From IMG/VR virus record IMGVR_UViG_3300012983_000046, positions 6,406 through 70,405 of that record: a stretch of 64,000 nucleotides of DNA, one strand, 5' to 3'. Position 1 is the first letter of the stretch, and each line of letters begins with the position of its first letter. The position numbers and the translations under genes were made by a program. A model generated the notes under the pieces. It had not been told where the DNA came from. It did not search any database and was given only the letters and a program-made list of their open reading frames with translations. Of this stretch, positions 17,138 to 25,488 are shown piece by piece. The stretch is from a virus (taxonomy: Duplodnaviria > Caudoviricetes).

Positions 17138-18736
17138 ATGAAAGAATCTATAACAAAATTTGACCTTGAAGCAGCTTTTAAAGCTCTTGATGAAATAGAT
17201 ATTCCACAAAATAAAGAAGGTATTAAAGCTAATCGTCCTGCATTAACTGAAATTTTTTCAAATAAAACTAAGTTAGATACTCTTATAGAAGAATACTATG
17301 ATGTAAGTAATACTGAAGACCTTAATAATGCTAAAGAAGCTAGAGAAGCAGAAGTGGCTAAGGCAAAACTTGCACGTATAGAAAAAATAGTTGACCTAGA
17401 TGCAGAAAGTCCTGAAGACCTTTTAACATCTTATGTAGGTAAATTGATTATGCAATGTCCTCAGTGTATGACACTTTTTTATAAAAATCAAGAAGATGTC
17501 GTTGAAGATGAAGCTGACCCAACCACTGTAAATGTAGGAGAGGCTTGTCAGCATTGTGGTAATGAAACAGGCTATACCTTAGTAGGTAAAGTAGGCGAAG
17601 TAACTCCAGAGGAAGCTGAAAACTATCAAGCTGAAGATGAAACAGAAGTTGATGTACAAGGTACAACTGAAGATGATATTGATTTAGAATCTTCAGATGA
17701 AGACCTAGCGTTAGATGGTGAAGAGCTTGACTTAGAGGATTTAGAGTTAGATTTAAATATCGAAGATGATGAAATCGAACCTGAAAAAGAAGAAAGCTTT
17801 AAAGCTAATAATGGACAGGTGCTAGCAGAAGAATTGACCGAATCAAAAGAAAATCTTGATGACTTTGATAAACTTTTAGGCTCATCTGAATTTAAAAAAC
17901 CTATATCAGACCAAGTCGTTAGATCTATGATGCAAGAGCTTAGTGAAGGTAAAGAATCTTTTGACCAGTTTGCTATTGATGGTTTTAATTATAAAATTTT
18001 AGATACTTTCGAAGATGAAGACTTTACAGGCTATACTATAAGATACTCTAAAAATGATAAAGATATTGTTGATATAGAATTCTGGGGGCAAACAGAACCT
18101 GTAGCTGTTACAGCTAATCTGTATTCGCCTCATTTAATGCAAAAAGTTTATGATAATTTTAAAGCTTTTTCCAATGACTTAAGCTATCAAAGTTCAAAAT
18201 GTGACGAGCTTCAAGAAGCTTTGACTGAAGGTGTTTTTGATAAAATTAAAGATAAAGTAGGGGCCGCTCTTAAAAAACCTTTAGGTACTGTAGATTGTGC
18301 CGACTGGATTCTAGAAAATGCTCTTAAGGATTATGAAAAAGAAAATTCTGATGATAACTTACAGTTTAATTACTTTTTAGCTATCTGTTTTGAAAATACC
18401 TATACAGACGGTAAGGAAATTACAAAAGCTCCTAAATGGGATAATCCAAAACTCCTTCCAATTAAAAATAGAAGCAAAAAATACTCCAGCTATAAGGGAG
18501 CTGAGGCTTATGGTAAAGCTGAAAGTTCCAAAGCTGACTGTGGAGCAGTAATTATATATTTAGCTAATGAAAAGCACGCGGATGAACTAGCTTACTTAAG
18601 TATTTACTTTGATGGTGATCGTCAAAAAGACCAAGACCAAATTGATACTTATTATGAAGAAGTAGCTAAAGCTATTGCCGCATCAAAACGTTATCAAAAG
18701 CAGTCAGCCACAGCCAGTGAATTTGAAATTGCTTAA
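17138..18736 (+). CDS. Hypothetical multidomain protein with Cys4 zinc ribbon and acidic linker
   Basis: CPQC...CQHC; acidic central part; RBS aaggag. Confidence 0.75.
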   Translation: MKESITKFDLEAAFKALDEIDIPQNKEGIKANRPALTEIFSNKTKLDTLIEEYYDVSNTEDLNNAKEAREAEVAKAKLARIEKIVDLDAESPEDLLTSYVGKLIMQCPQCMTLFYKNQEDVVEDEADPTTVNVGEACQHCGNETGYTLVGKVGEVTPEEAENYQAEDETEVDVQGTTEDDIDLESSDEDLALDGEELDLEDLELDLNIEDDEIEPEKEESFKANNGQVLAEELTESKENLDDFDKLLGSSEFKKPISDQVVRSMMQELSEGKESFDQFAIDGFNYKILDTFEDEDFTGYTIRYSKNDKDIVDIEFWGQTEPVAVTANLYSPHLMQKVYDNFKAFSNDLSYQSSKCDELQEALTEGVFDKIKDKVGAALKKPLGTVDCADWILENALKDYEKENSDDNLQFNYFLAICFENTYTDGKEITKAPKWDNPKLLPIKNRSKKYSSYKGAEAYGKAESSKADCGAVIIYLANEKHADELAYLSIYFDGDRQKDQDQIDTYYEEVAKAIAASKRYQKQSATASEFEIA

Positions 18737-18749
18737 TTAAATATATAAA

Positions 18750-18785
18750 AAGAAATAGCTGACTCAACAAGTTCAGCTATTTCTT
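18750..18785 (+). terminator. Probable terminator
   Basis: aagaaatagctga...tcagctatttctt inverted repeat. Confidence 0.65.
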
Positions 18786-18817
18786 ATAAATATATTATAA
18801 CTTGAAAGGAAGCTAAT

Positions 18818-19327
18818 ATGGCAGATAATAAAGCTGACTATGGTCTATTAATAAACAAAGACATAAAATTACATAGAATGTGGTTTAAACAAATGACTGC
18901 CCTTCATGGTATAAACTGTAAATATAAAGCTCCCTTAGAAAACAAGAATTATGATACTAATGGTGATTTACGAACAGGTTATGCAGAACCTATTATTGTA
19001 GGCTGTATTTTCCAAGAACACCCAGATCAAAAAACTCTAAAAAAAATGGGTTGGGTAGCAGAGCTGCAGGAAGGGTCTTCAATTATTCATGTACCTTATG
19101 ACTTACCTAATTTACAGGTAGGAGCTCTATTTAATATTCCTAGCGGACTAGACCAAGGTAAAGGTAGAGACTTTAGGGTTATTAGTATGCAAAATATTAT
19201 GATTTATCCTGCATCTATTGCTTGTGAAATAGCATTAGAATACGAGTCTGTAGATGAACAACATCTTATTACAGACCATTTTGATGTAGATATGCCCTTA
19301 TTAATAGACGGAGAAGATGATGATTAA
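18818..19327 (+). CDS. Putative head closure/neck protein (gp14-like)
   Basis: Size, position and beta-rich pattern (VGALFNIP...FRVI); assignment tentative. Confidence 0.45.
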   Translation: MADNKADYGLLINKDIKLHRMWFKQMTALHGINCKYKAPLENKNYDTNGDLRTGYAEPIIVGCIFQEHPDQKTLKKMGWVAELQEGSSIIHVPYDLPNLQVGALFNIPSGLDQGKGRDFRVISMQNIMIYPASIACEIALEYESVDEQHLITDHFDVDMPLLIDGEDDD

Positions 19328-20523
19328 TGGCAGATAAATTTTTAAAAACAAGCTTAAATGATATTGTTAGTAGAACTACTTCTGATAGTGTGGAGACTGC
19401 AGCTGTAGGTATAAAACCTAATTTTAAAATTAACAGTCTTCAAAACTTATTAAATAGAAAAGCTGGAACTTATTCTGAAAATACTGAATCTAGTCCAGAA
19501 CTAAGTAAACGTACAGAAGAGAAACAAGTAACTAGTAAGCCAGATGAAATTACAGCTAATAAAAACTTAAGGAAAGATTTAAACTGGAGACAAGAGTTAG
19601 CCGATCGTATTAAAGCAAATGACCAGGCGCTTCCGGGTGAAAAAGTAGAAGAAGAAAAAATTTACCAAGAATTTTGGTATGACTATTTTTGTACTCTTTG
19701 GTCAAAAGAACTATACCCATTTTTAAATGCTTTAGGTGATATTTTTAAAAAAGACCTCAGAACATGGGGCTTTGATGCTGATTTAAACCCCATGGTTGCT
19801 TTTCTTTTGCAGAAATATGTACAAAATACCTTACTTAAAACTAAGTTATTAAATAAAGATACTTATAAAGCTTTTCATAATGCTATTATAAAAAAATACT
19901 TATCCGTAGGCGAGCTTAGAAAACTTAATAATTATAATATTATTTATAATGTAAATTTATATAAAAAATTGCCTGCTGACATATATAACTACTTAAAACT
20001 ACAAACTCAAATTTTAGCACCAAAAAAAGCTTCTTATAGTATCAAAGAGCAAAGTCTAAATAGGCGGATAATGTTACAAAATGATAATGTTACTGCTGGA
20101 GACCCCAATACTCGATTAAACAGCTTACTAAATATTAATATAAAAAGTGTTCCAAAAAGTACTGAAAAAGTACTTCTAAATAGTGTTGAAGATATTAGTT
20201 TATTTCTAGAGCTTTTAGGACATAGCAATGAACCAAAGCAAAATACTCAAGAGCGTACTTCTATGGACACTGATGAAGTTATGGAAAAACTAGATATTAC
20301 AACGCCAGGAGAGGCTTATCAACTTTTAGCATATCTAAGCGCTCAAAACAATGATGAAAAGATTTTAGCCTTTTTAAATGAAAATAGTCAATTATTTGCT
20401 GCTGATGCAAGATCAGCGATTTCTGTAAAAGATTTATTAAATATTAATAAGTTATTAAGCAATGTAAAATTAGATACTACAGAAGTTTTGAATTATATTT
20501 CTAGAAATGTTTTAAAACTATAA
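19327..20523 (+). CDS. Hypothetical protein
   Basis: 398-aa ORF coupled by TAATG overlap. Confidence 0.75.
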   Translation: MADKFLKTSLNDIVSRTTSDSVETAAVGIKPNFKINSLQNLLNRKAGTYSENTESSPELSKRTEEKQVTSKPDEITANKNLRKDLNWRQELADRIKANDQALPGEKVEEEKIYQEFWYDYFCTLWSKELYPFLNALGDIFKKDLRTWGFDADLNPMVAFLLQKYVQNTLLKTKLLNKDTYKAFHNAIIKKYLSVGELRKLNNYNIIYNVNLYKKLPADIYNYLKLQTQILAPKKASYSIKEQSLNRRIMLQNDNVTAGDPNTRLNSLLNINIKSVPKSTEKVLLNSVEDISLFLELLGHSNEPKQNTQERTSMDTDEVMEKLDITTPGEAYQLLAYLSAQNNDEKILAFLNENSQLFAADARSAISVKDLLNINKLLSNVKLDTTEVLNYISRNVLKL

Positions 20524-20551
20524 AGTAACTCAAAACTCGAGGTAGCTAAAT

Positions 20552-20893
20552 ATGTTCTTTACTAAAAAATCAAACAGCCAAAAAAATTTATTAAAAAAAG
20601 TCAATAAAATAGACTACTATGCTAACGCTCTTTTTTTAATACAAAATTACCCTTTAGGTGCAACAGAGCAGCACCTTAATCTTTATTTAAATCAACAGTA
20701 TAAAAAATCTTTGAAAGACCTTTGTATAGAACTTCTCATAAATGGTGTTTTATATGAAAACACTGAAGGTGATTTATTATTGCTTTTTAAAGATCCTGAA
20801 GATGATAAATTAGCACAATTAATTACATATGGTAATGGATTAACGGGCGGTAGTAAGATTTTAAAGCTAGCTTTAAATCAAAGGAGGCACTAA
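20552..20893 (+). CDS. Hypothetical protein (neck/tail region)
   Basis: 113-aa ORF with RBS gagg. Confidence 0.7.
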   Translation: MFFTKKSNSQKNLLKKVNKIDYYANALFLIQNYPLGATEQHLNLYLNQQYKKSLKDLCIELLINGVLYENTEGDLLLLFKDPEDDKLAQLITYGNGLTGGSKILKLALNQRRH

Positions 20894-20895
20894 AA

Positions 20896-21549
20896 ATGGC
20901 TATAAGTTATTATGATGAGGCTGTAACCGCGAAGATAAAAAATTGGTTAGCAGACTCTTCAAAACTTCGAGTACTAGGTCCTGATGAAACAAATAGATTG
21001 ATACAGCTTAATGCTGAAGATAACAAAGATAAACCTTTGAAATTACCTTTACTAACAATTTCTCGTAATAGAGATTTAGAAATAGAATCTACTATTAAAC
21101 AAAATAGGTCTTTTGACGGATTAATTATTAAAGACGATAAGCAAACTGGTGAAACAGTTCATATGAATGTTATTCCAATAAAAACTACTTATCAATTAGA
21201 TATTTATACAAAAACTCGTATAGAGGGGGATGAGTACGTTAGACAATATCTATTTAAATTAATAAATAACCCTCAAATAATAATAGATATTCCTTATAAT
21301 GGAGTTTTTATTAGACATACAGCAAATCTACGAGTACTTGATACAGTCTCAGATACAAGTGATATACCTAGTCATATTTTTCCAGGTCAATTTTATCGCT
21401 GGACAATACAGCTAGAACTTCATGACGGATTTTTATTTAGTTTACCTCATAAACCAGGTTGGCGTCTTATTGGTATTGAGGTAACTGCAGTAGATAAAAT
21501 AATTGATCCAACAGAAGAAGAAGTTTTATTTGAATATAACTTTAAATAA
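20896..21549 (+). CDS. Putative tail terminator/sheath stabiliser (T4 gp15-like)
   Basis: KLPLLTISR...IPIKTTYQLDIYTK pattern; directly before sheath. Confidence 0.55.
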   Translation: MAISYYDEAVTAKIKNWLADSSKLRVLGPDETNRLIQLNAEDNKDKPLKLPLLTISRNRDLEIESTIKQNRSFDGLIIKDDKQTGETVHMNVIPIKTTYQLDIYTKTRIEGDEYVRQYLFKLINNPQIIIDIPYNGVFIRHTANLRVLDTVSDTSDIPSHIFPGQFYRWTIQLELHDGFLFSLPHKPGWRLIGIEVTAVDKIIDPTEEEVLFEYNFK

Positions 21550-21551
21550 TT

Positions 21552-21561
21552 TGCTAAATTA
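21552..21561 (+). promoter_or_regulatory. Putative late promoter TGCTAAATTA (copy 6)
   Basis: Intergenic, upstream of sheath-tube pair. Confidence 0.7.
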
Positions 21562-21628
21562 ATTGAGTTCTGAGTATAGAGAATTAGCTCAGCAATAATT
21601 AAAATAAAATAAGGAGAATTTACTTAAT

Positions 21629-23560
21629 ATGCCAAGAATAAATATTAATGAAAAAGATAGAACAGCACCTGGTATATCATCTGATTATGCTAATTTTGCT
21701 GTACTTATTACTGGCTTCGAAGGCAAAGAACCTACAGATAAAAATTCTAAAGAGCCTCATCCAATATCTAAAAGGCTTCCTGCAGATCTTAGACCAGTAC
21801 AGCCGGACTCTAATGGCGTTTATGAATTTGTCACCGCTTCTGACTTCAAAGAAACTATTGGTTTAAGTGCGCCTAAAAGAGAACTTGATGGTGGTAATGC
21901 TATTACTTATAACTACGGTAATCAGATGGCTTATGAGCTTTTAAATTTAGGCTACTCAATATTATATAAACCAATAAAGAGTCAAGAAGAACTAACAAAT
22001 TCAAGAACCTGGGAAATTTTTAAAGATAAAGTAAGCTATGACTTTAGATTTGTTTCTCATGGATTACTTCAATCTGATGGTGCTTTTATGATGAATGAAG
22101 ATAATCGTGTAAAATTAGCTACAAAACAAAAGCTAATAAGCATCATCGATAGTGTTTTAAACAAGTCTTCTGAAGATGCTAGTAATGCACTTTGTCCAAA
22201 CTATGCAAGCACACTTCAAGTAGCTACATGTACACATATAGCTGCAAATGCTAACGATGAGGATATATATTCATATATTAGTTATTCTCCAGCAGAAGAT
22301 AGTAAAAAAGAGTATTTCTTAGAGAGTACTATTATATCTGCAGAAGATATTAAGGATATTATGAATGTTGCAGCTAATTCTGATGAAAGTAAGACTGAGG
22401 CCGAAGTTAAAGAAAGTTGGTGGGGTCTAGTAGAAACAGCTCTTGAAGAAGCTTATTTAGAAACTCTTACACAAGGAGACACTTCATTAGAGTTAACAGA
22501 TGTATTATTTAAAGAGTACATTTCACAAAATCTAACAGAAGATAATAATTTAAAAAGCTTTGAAGAGTACTGGAATGACTTAGGTTTTTCTATTGCAAAA
22601 GCTCGTTCCTTAGTTAATGAAGTTGTTACTACTGACACTATTAATGAGGCAAATAAACTTATTGCTAATCTTGCTGCTTATAAATCAGCAGAACTTAGTA
22701 ATGGAAATGCTGATGAACCGGCTTCAGATTCAGGTCGTGGTGATTGTATAGCTCTTATCGAGTTAGATGAAAATACTTATATAAATACTGTTTCTAGTAA
22801 AAGACCCGAAATGCTTATTTGTGAGGCTATTAATAAAGTATCTATGACTGATGCTACAGGCCCTTATTGTGCATTAACTGTGCCTAGCGTATTTTATACT
22901 AGTCTAGAAAATGATGGAGACAGCGTTTGGGCGGGTAATAATAAAATGCCCGGTGCTTTCCATTATTTAGCTTGCTTTATCAGGTCTTTAGGTCAAGGTT
23001 ATGCAGAATGGTACGCTGCTGCGGGATATACTCGTGGTGTATCAAATTTAGTTGTTGATCACACTTCCGTAAAATTAGGAGAAGTTGCTATTAACACACT
23101 AGAGCCTAGAAATAGTAGTGGTAATGGCAGTCCATTATTTGCTTGTAATGTAATAGCTAACTTTAGAGGCAGTTATTATTTATGGGGAAATAGAACTGCT
23201 TATCCTCTTGGAGGTGCTGATGGTGACCGAGGTGACTTAGTAGCAAGTCATTTCCTTAATATCAGACAGCTTTGTACAACAATTAAGAAAAAATTATTCG
23301 TAGCTTGTCGTAAATTTACTTTCGATCCTAATAGTGATACCTTATGGATTAATTTCTGTAATGCTATTAAACCTACTCTTGAAATTATGAAAGCTGACCA
23401 AGGCATTAGAGACTATAGAATTGTAAAAGTAGCTACTGACAAAAAAGCAACTTTAAAAGCTAAAATTAGAATTATTCCTATTGAAGCAGTTGAAGATTTT
23501 ATACTTGAAGTTTCTTTAGAAGATGCTTTTGGTGAAACAACTGCAGCAATAATTGGGTAA
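21629..23560 (+). CDS. Tail sheath protein
   Basis: N-terminal MPRININEKDRT; C-terminal WYAAAGYTRG, YYLWGNRT, FLNIRQL, FTFDPN, IIPIEAVEDFIL. Confidence 0.9.
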   Translation: MPRININEKDRTAPGISSDYANFAVLITGFEGKEPTDKNSKEPHPISKRLPADLRPVQPDSNGVYEFVTASDFKETIGLSAPKRELDGGNAITYNYGNQMAYELLNLGYSILYKPIKSQEELTNSRTWEIFKDKVSYDFRFVSHGLLQSDGAFMMNEDNRVKLATKQKLISIIDSVLNKSSEDASNALCPNYASTLQVATCTHIAANANDEDIYSYISYSPAEDSKKEYFLESTIISAEDIKDIMNVAANSDESKTEAEVKESWWGLVETALEEAYLETLTQGDTSLELTDVLFKEYISQNLTEDNNLKSFEEYWNDLGFSIAKARSLVNEVVTTDTINEANKLIANLAAYKSAELSNGNADEPASDSGRGDCIALIELDENTYINTVSSKRPEMLICEAINKVSMTDATGPYCALTVPSVFYTSLENDGDSVWAGNNKMPGAFHYLACFIRSLGQGYAEWYAAAGYTRGVSNLVVDHTSVKLGEVAINTLEPRNSSGNGSPLFACNVIANFRGSYYLWGNRTAYPLGGADGDRGDLVASHFLNIRQLCTTIKKKLFVACRKFTFDPNSDTLWINFCNAIKPTLEIMKADQGIRDYRIVKVATDKKATLKAKIRIIPIEAVEDFILEVSLEDAFGETTAAIIG

Positions 23561-23581
23561 ATGAAAGGAGAGACTTAAATA

Positions 23582-24181
23582 ATGGCAAGTAATAATGCGT
23601 ATGATGGTGGTTTATCTGCTAAGCATATAAGTACAAACTTAGCAAACTATGAAGCAGCAAGAACTGGTTTCTTCTCTTTAATTGTTGATGACATTGATAA
23701 TATTGTAAGAGCTACATATAGTGGTGATCGTGACGCTGCAACAGCTAATGACAAGATTTCCAAAGCTCAGGAAATCTTAAAATTAAATGTAGTTAAGGCT
23801 CCTGTACCTCATTTCAATATTGAAGTTTTAAAATATAAACGCGGTAATGATACTGTTACTTTCGCAGGTACTCCAGAATTCCAATCTGGTAACCTTACAA
23901 TTGACGATATTGTAGGTGTCGATACTAAAGCGATTATAATGGCTTGGCAGGCTCTCGCTTATAATGTATACACTCGTAAGGGTGGCCGTATGAAAGATTA
24001 CAAAAAAACTTGTACTCTTATAGAATATACACAAGATTTTGAGCAAGTAAGATCTTGGACACTTTATGGCTGCTGGATTAGTGATGTTAGTGAAGGTGAA
24101 TTTGACAAAGAAAGCGATGGCAAACGTCAAATTACTGCAAAACTTGAATATGACCGCGCAGAAATGAATCTAAAAGATTAA
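23582..24181 (+). CDS. Tail tube protein (gp19-like)
   Basis: Follows sheath; VRSWTLYGCWISDVSEGEFD...ITAKLEYD. Confidence 0.85.
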   Translation: MASNNAYDGGLSAKHISTNLANYEAARTGFFSLIVDDIDNIVRATYSGDRDAATANDKISKAQEILKLNVVKAPVPHFNIEVLKYKRGNDTVTFAGTPEFQSGNLTIDDIVGVDTKAIIMAWQALAYNVYTRKGGRMKDYKKTCTLIEYTQDFEQVRSWTLYGCWISDVSEGEFDKESDGKRQITAKLEYDRAEMNLKD

Positions 24182-24197
24182 AATTTTAATATAAAAT

Positions 24198-24241
24198 AAA
24201 TAAAAATAAAGCTGTTCGTTAGAACAGCTTTATTTTTATTT
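24198..24241 (+). terminator. Terminator, ~20-bp stem
   Basis: aaataaaaataaagctgttc-gtta-gaacagctttatttttattt. Confidence 0.85.
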
Positions 24242-24255
24242 TTAATAAATCTATT

Positions 24256-24265
24256 TGCTAAATTA
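24256..24265 (+). promoter_or_regulatory. Putative late promoter TGCTAAATTA (copy 7)
   Basis: Intergenic after terminator. Confidence 0.7.
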
Positions 24266-24303
24266 TATGATGTTTTAGATAATTTAAGAAAGGACTGATT
24301 AAT

Positions 24304-24468
24304 ATAGGTCGCCGTAAATTAGATCGAAGTGACAAAGTTATGCAAACTTTCGAATCTACGATCCCCTTAAAATCGAGGTTACAAGAAACTGCTCGAGAAA
24401 GACATATGACAGTATCAGCTCTTATTAGATATATTTTAGAACATTATTTTGAAAATCGAGAACTTTAG
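24304..24468 (+). CDS. Small ribbon-helix-helix (CopG/Arc-like) DNA-binding protein; ATA start; absent from ORF track
   Basis: AAAGGA RBS 9 nt before ATA; (M)GRRKLDRSDKVMQTFESTIPLKSRLQETARERHMTVSALIRYILEHYFENREL; alternative ATG 24340 has no RBS. Confidence 0.65.
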   Translation: MGRRKLDRSDKVMQTFESTIPLKSRLQETARERHMTVSALIRYILEHYFENREL

Positions 24469-24497
24469 TAAATTGATTTAAAAGAAAGGACAAAATT

Positions 24498-25265
24498 ATG
24501 GCAGAAAGACAGACAGACTATACTATTATGGAAGGCTACGTATTGCCTTCAAAAGGTAAAATATATTCAAATAATGTAAATCCTAACATTGAATTACGTT
24601 CAATGACAGCTAGAGATGAAATGAAAAGACTCTCACCTTCTAGTACACCCTTAAAAACCTTAGCTGATATTATTGAAGGCTGCTGTATTGAAAAACCAGG
24701 AGTTCATGTTTATGATATGAGTTTAGGCGATTATGAATTTTTATTACACAAACTTAGAATAGTTACTTATGGTGAAGACTATAAAGTTTCTTTACGCTGC
24801 CCCGTTTGTGGCGAGTTTATTGAAACTACTGCAGATCTTAGTTTACTTGAAGTTCATGAATATGATGAAGCTAAAATTAAAGACCTTCAAACTTTTATAC
24901 TTCCAAGAAGTAATAAGGCAGTCACTTTAAACTTTACATCACCTAGACTTATTGAAGAGGCTGAAGCACGTGTTAAAGATATGAAACGCAGATATAAAGA
25001 TGCTACAATAGATTTTGAAACTTTAGTAAAGCTACAGCTAAACATTGATCTTATCGATGGTGAAAAGAAGTCCGAAGTAGAGCTAGAAAATATTATAACA
25101 AATCTTCCTGCTATGGACCTACAGAAACTTCTAAATAATATAGACAAATTAAATAAACAGATAGGATTGGACAATATTTTATATCTAACTTGTCCAAAGT
25201 GTGGAGAAGAAGTAACTACATTTTTTCGCTTCGGGCCCGAGTTTTTTAGACCCACAAACCTCTAA
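24498..25265 (+). CDS. Baseplate hub/tail assembly chaperone (T4 gp26-like)
   Basis: YVLPSKGKIY...LRSMT, two CPxC motifs, C-terminal FRFGPEFFRP; precedes tape measure. Confidence 0.7.
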   Translation: MAERQTDYTIMEGYVLPSKGKIYSNNVNPNIELRSMTARDEMKRLSPSSTPLKTLADIIEGCCIEKPGVHVYDMSLGDYEFLLHKLRIVTYGEDYKVSLRCPVCGEFIETTADLSLLEVHEYDEAKIKDLQTFILPRSNKAVTLNFTSPRLIEEAEARVKDMKRRYKDATIDFETLVKLQLNIDLIDGEKKSEVELENIITNLPAMDLQKLLNNIDKLNKQIGLDNILYLTCPKCGEEVTTFFRFGPEFFRPTNL

Positions 25266-25464
25266 TGATGGTACTCCCTATGGGCCGAAAAGATATAAAG
25301 AAATTGTAAAAGAATGCTGGTATATTAGTGATAATCTAAATACCAGTTATACTGATGTTTTAAATTTAAGCTTTCAAGAACGTGTCTATTTAATAGAGTG
25401 CATTAATGAGAAGAAAGATGGAACACAGAAAGCCTTTGAAGAAATGCAACAAAGGCTTATTTAA
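25246..25464 (+). CDS. Start-less +1-frame ORF (gp51-like / gpT-like tail chaperone extension); absent from ORF track
   Basis: Open 25216-25464: LDPQTSNDGTPYGPKRYKEIVKECWYISDNLNTSYTDVLNLSFQERVYLIECINEKKDGTQKAFEEMQQRLI; no ATG/GTG/TTG with RBS near its 5' end; fills the gap to the tape measure RBS. Confidence 0.65.
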   Translation, partial: LDPQTSNDGTPYGPKRYKEIVKECWYISDNLNTSYTDVLNLSFQERVYLIECINEKKDGTQKAFEEMQQRLI

Positions 25465-25488
25465 ACTTGTATAAGGAGGAAACCTGGA

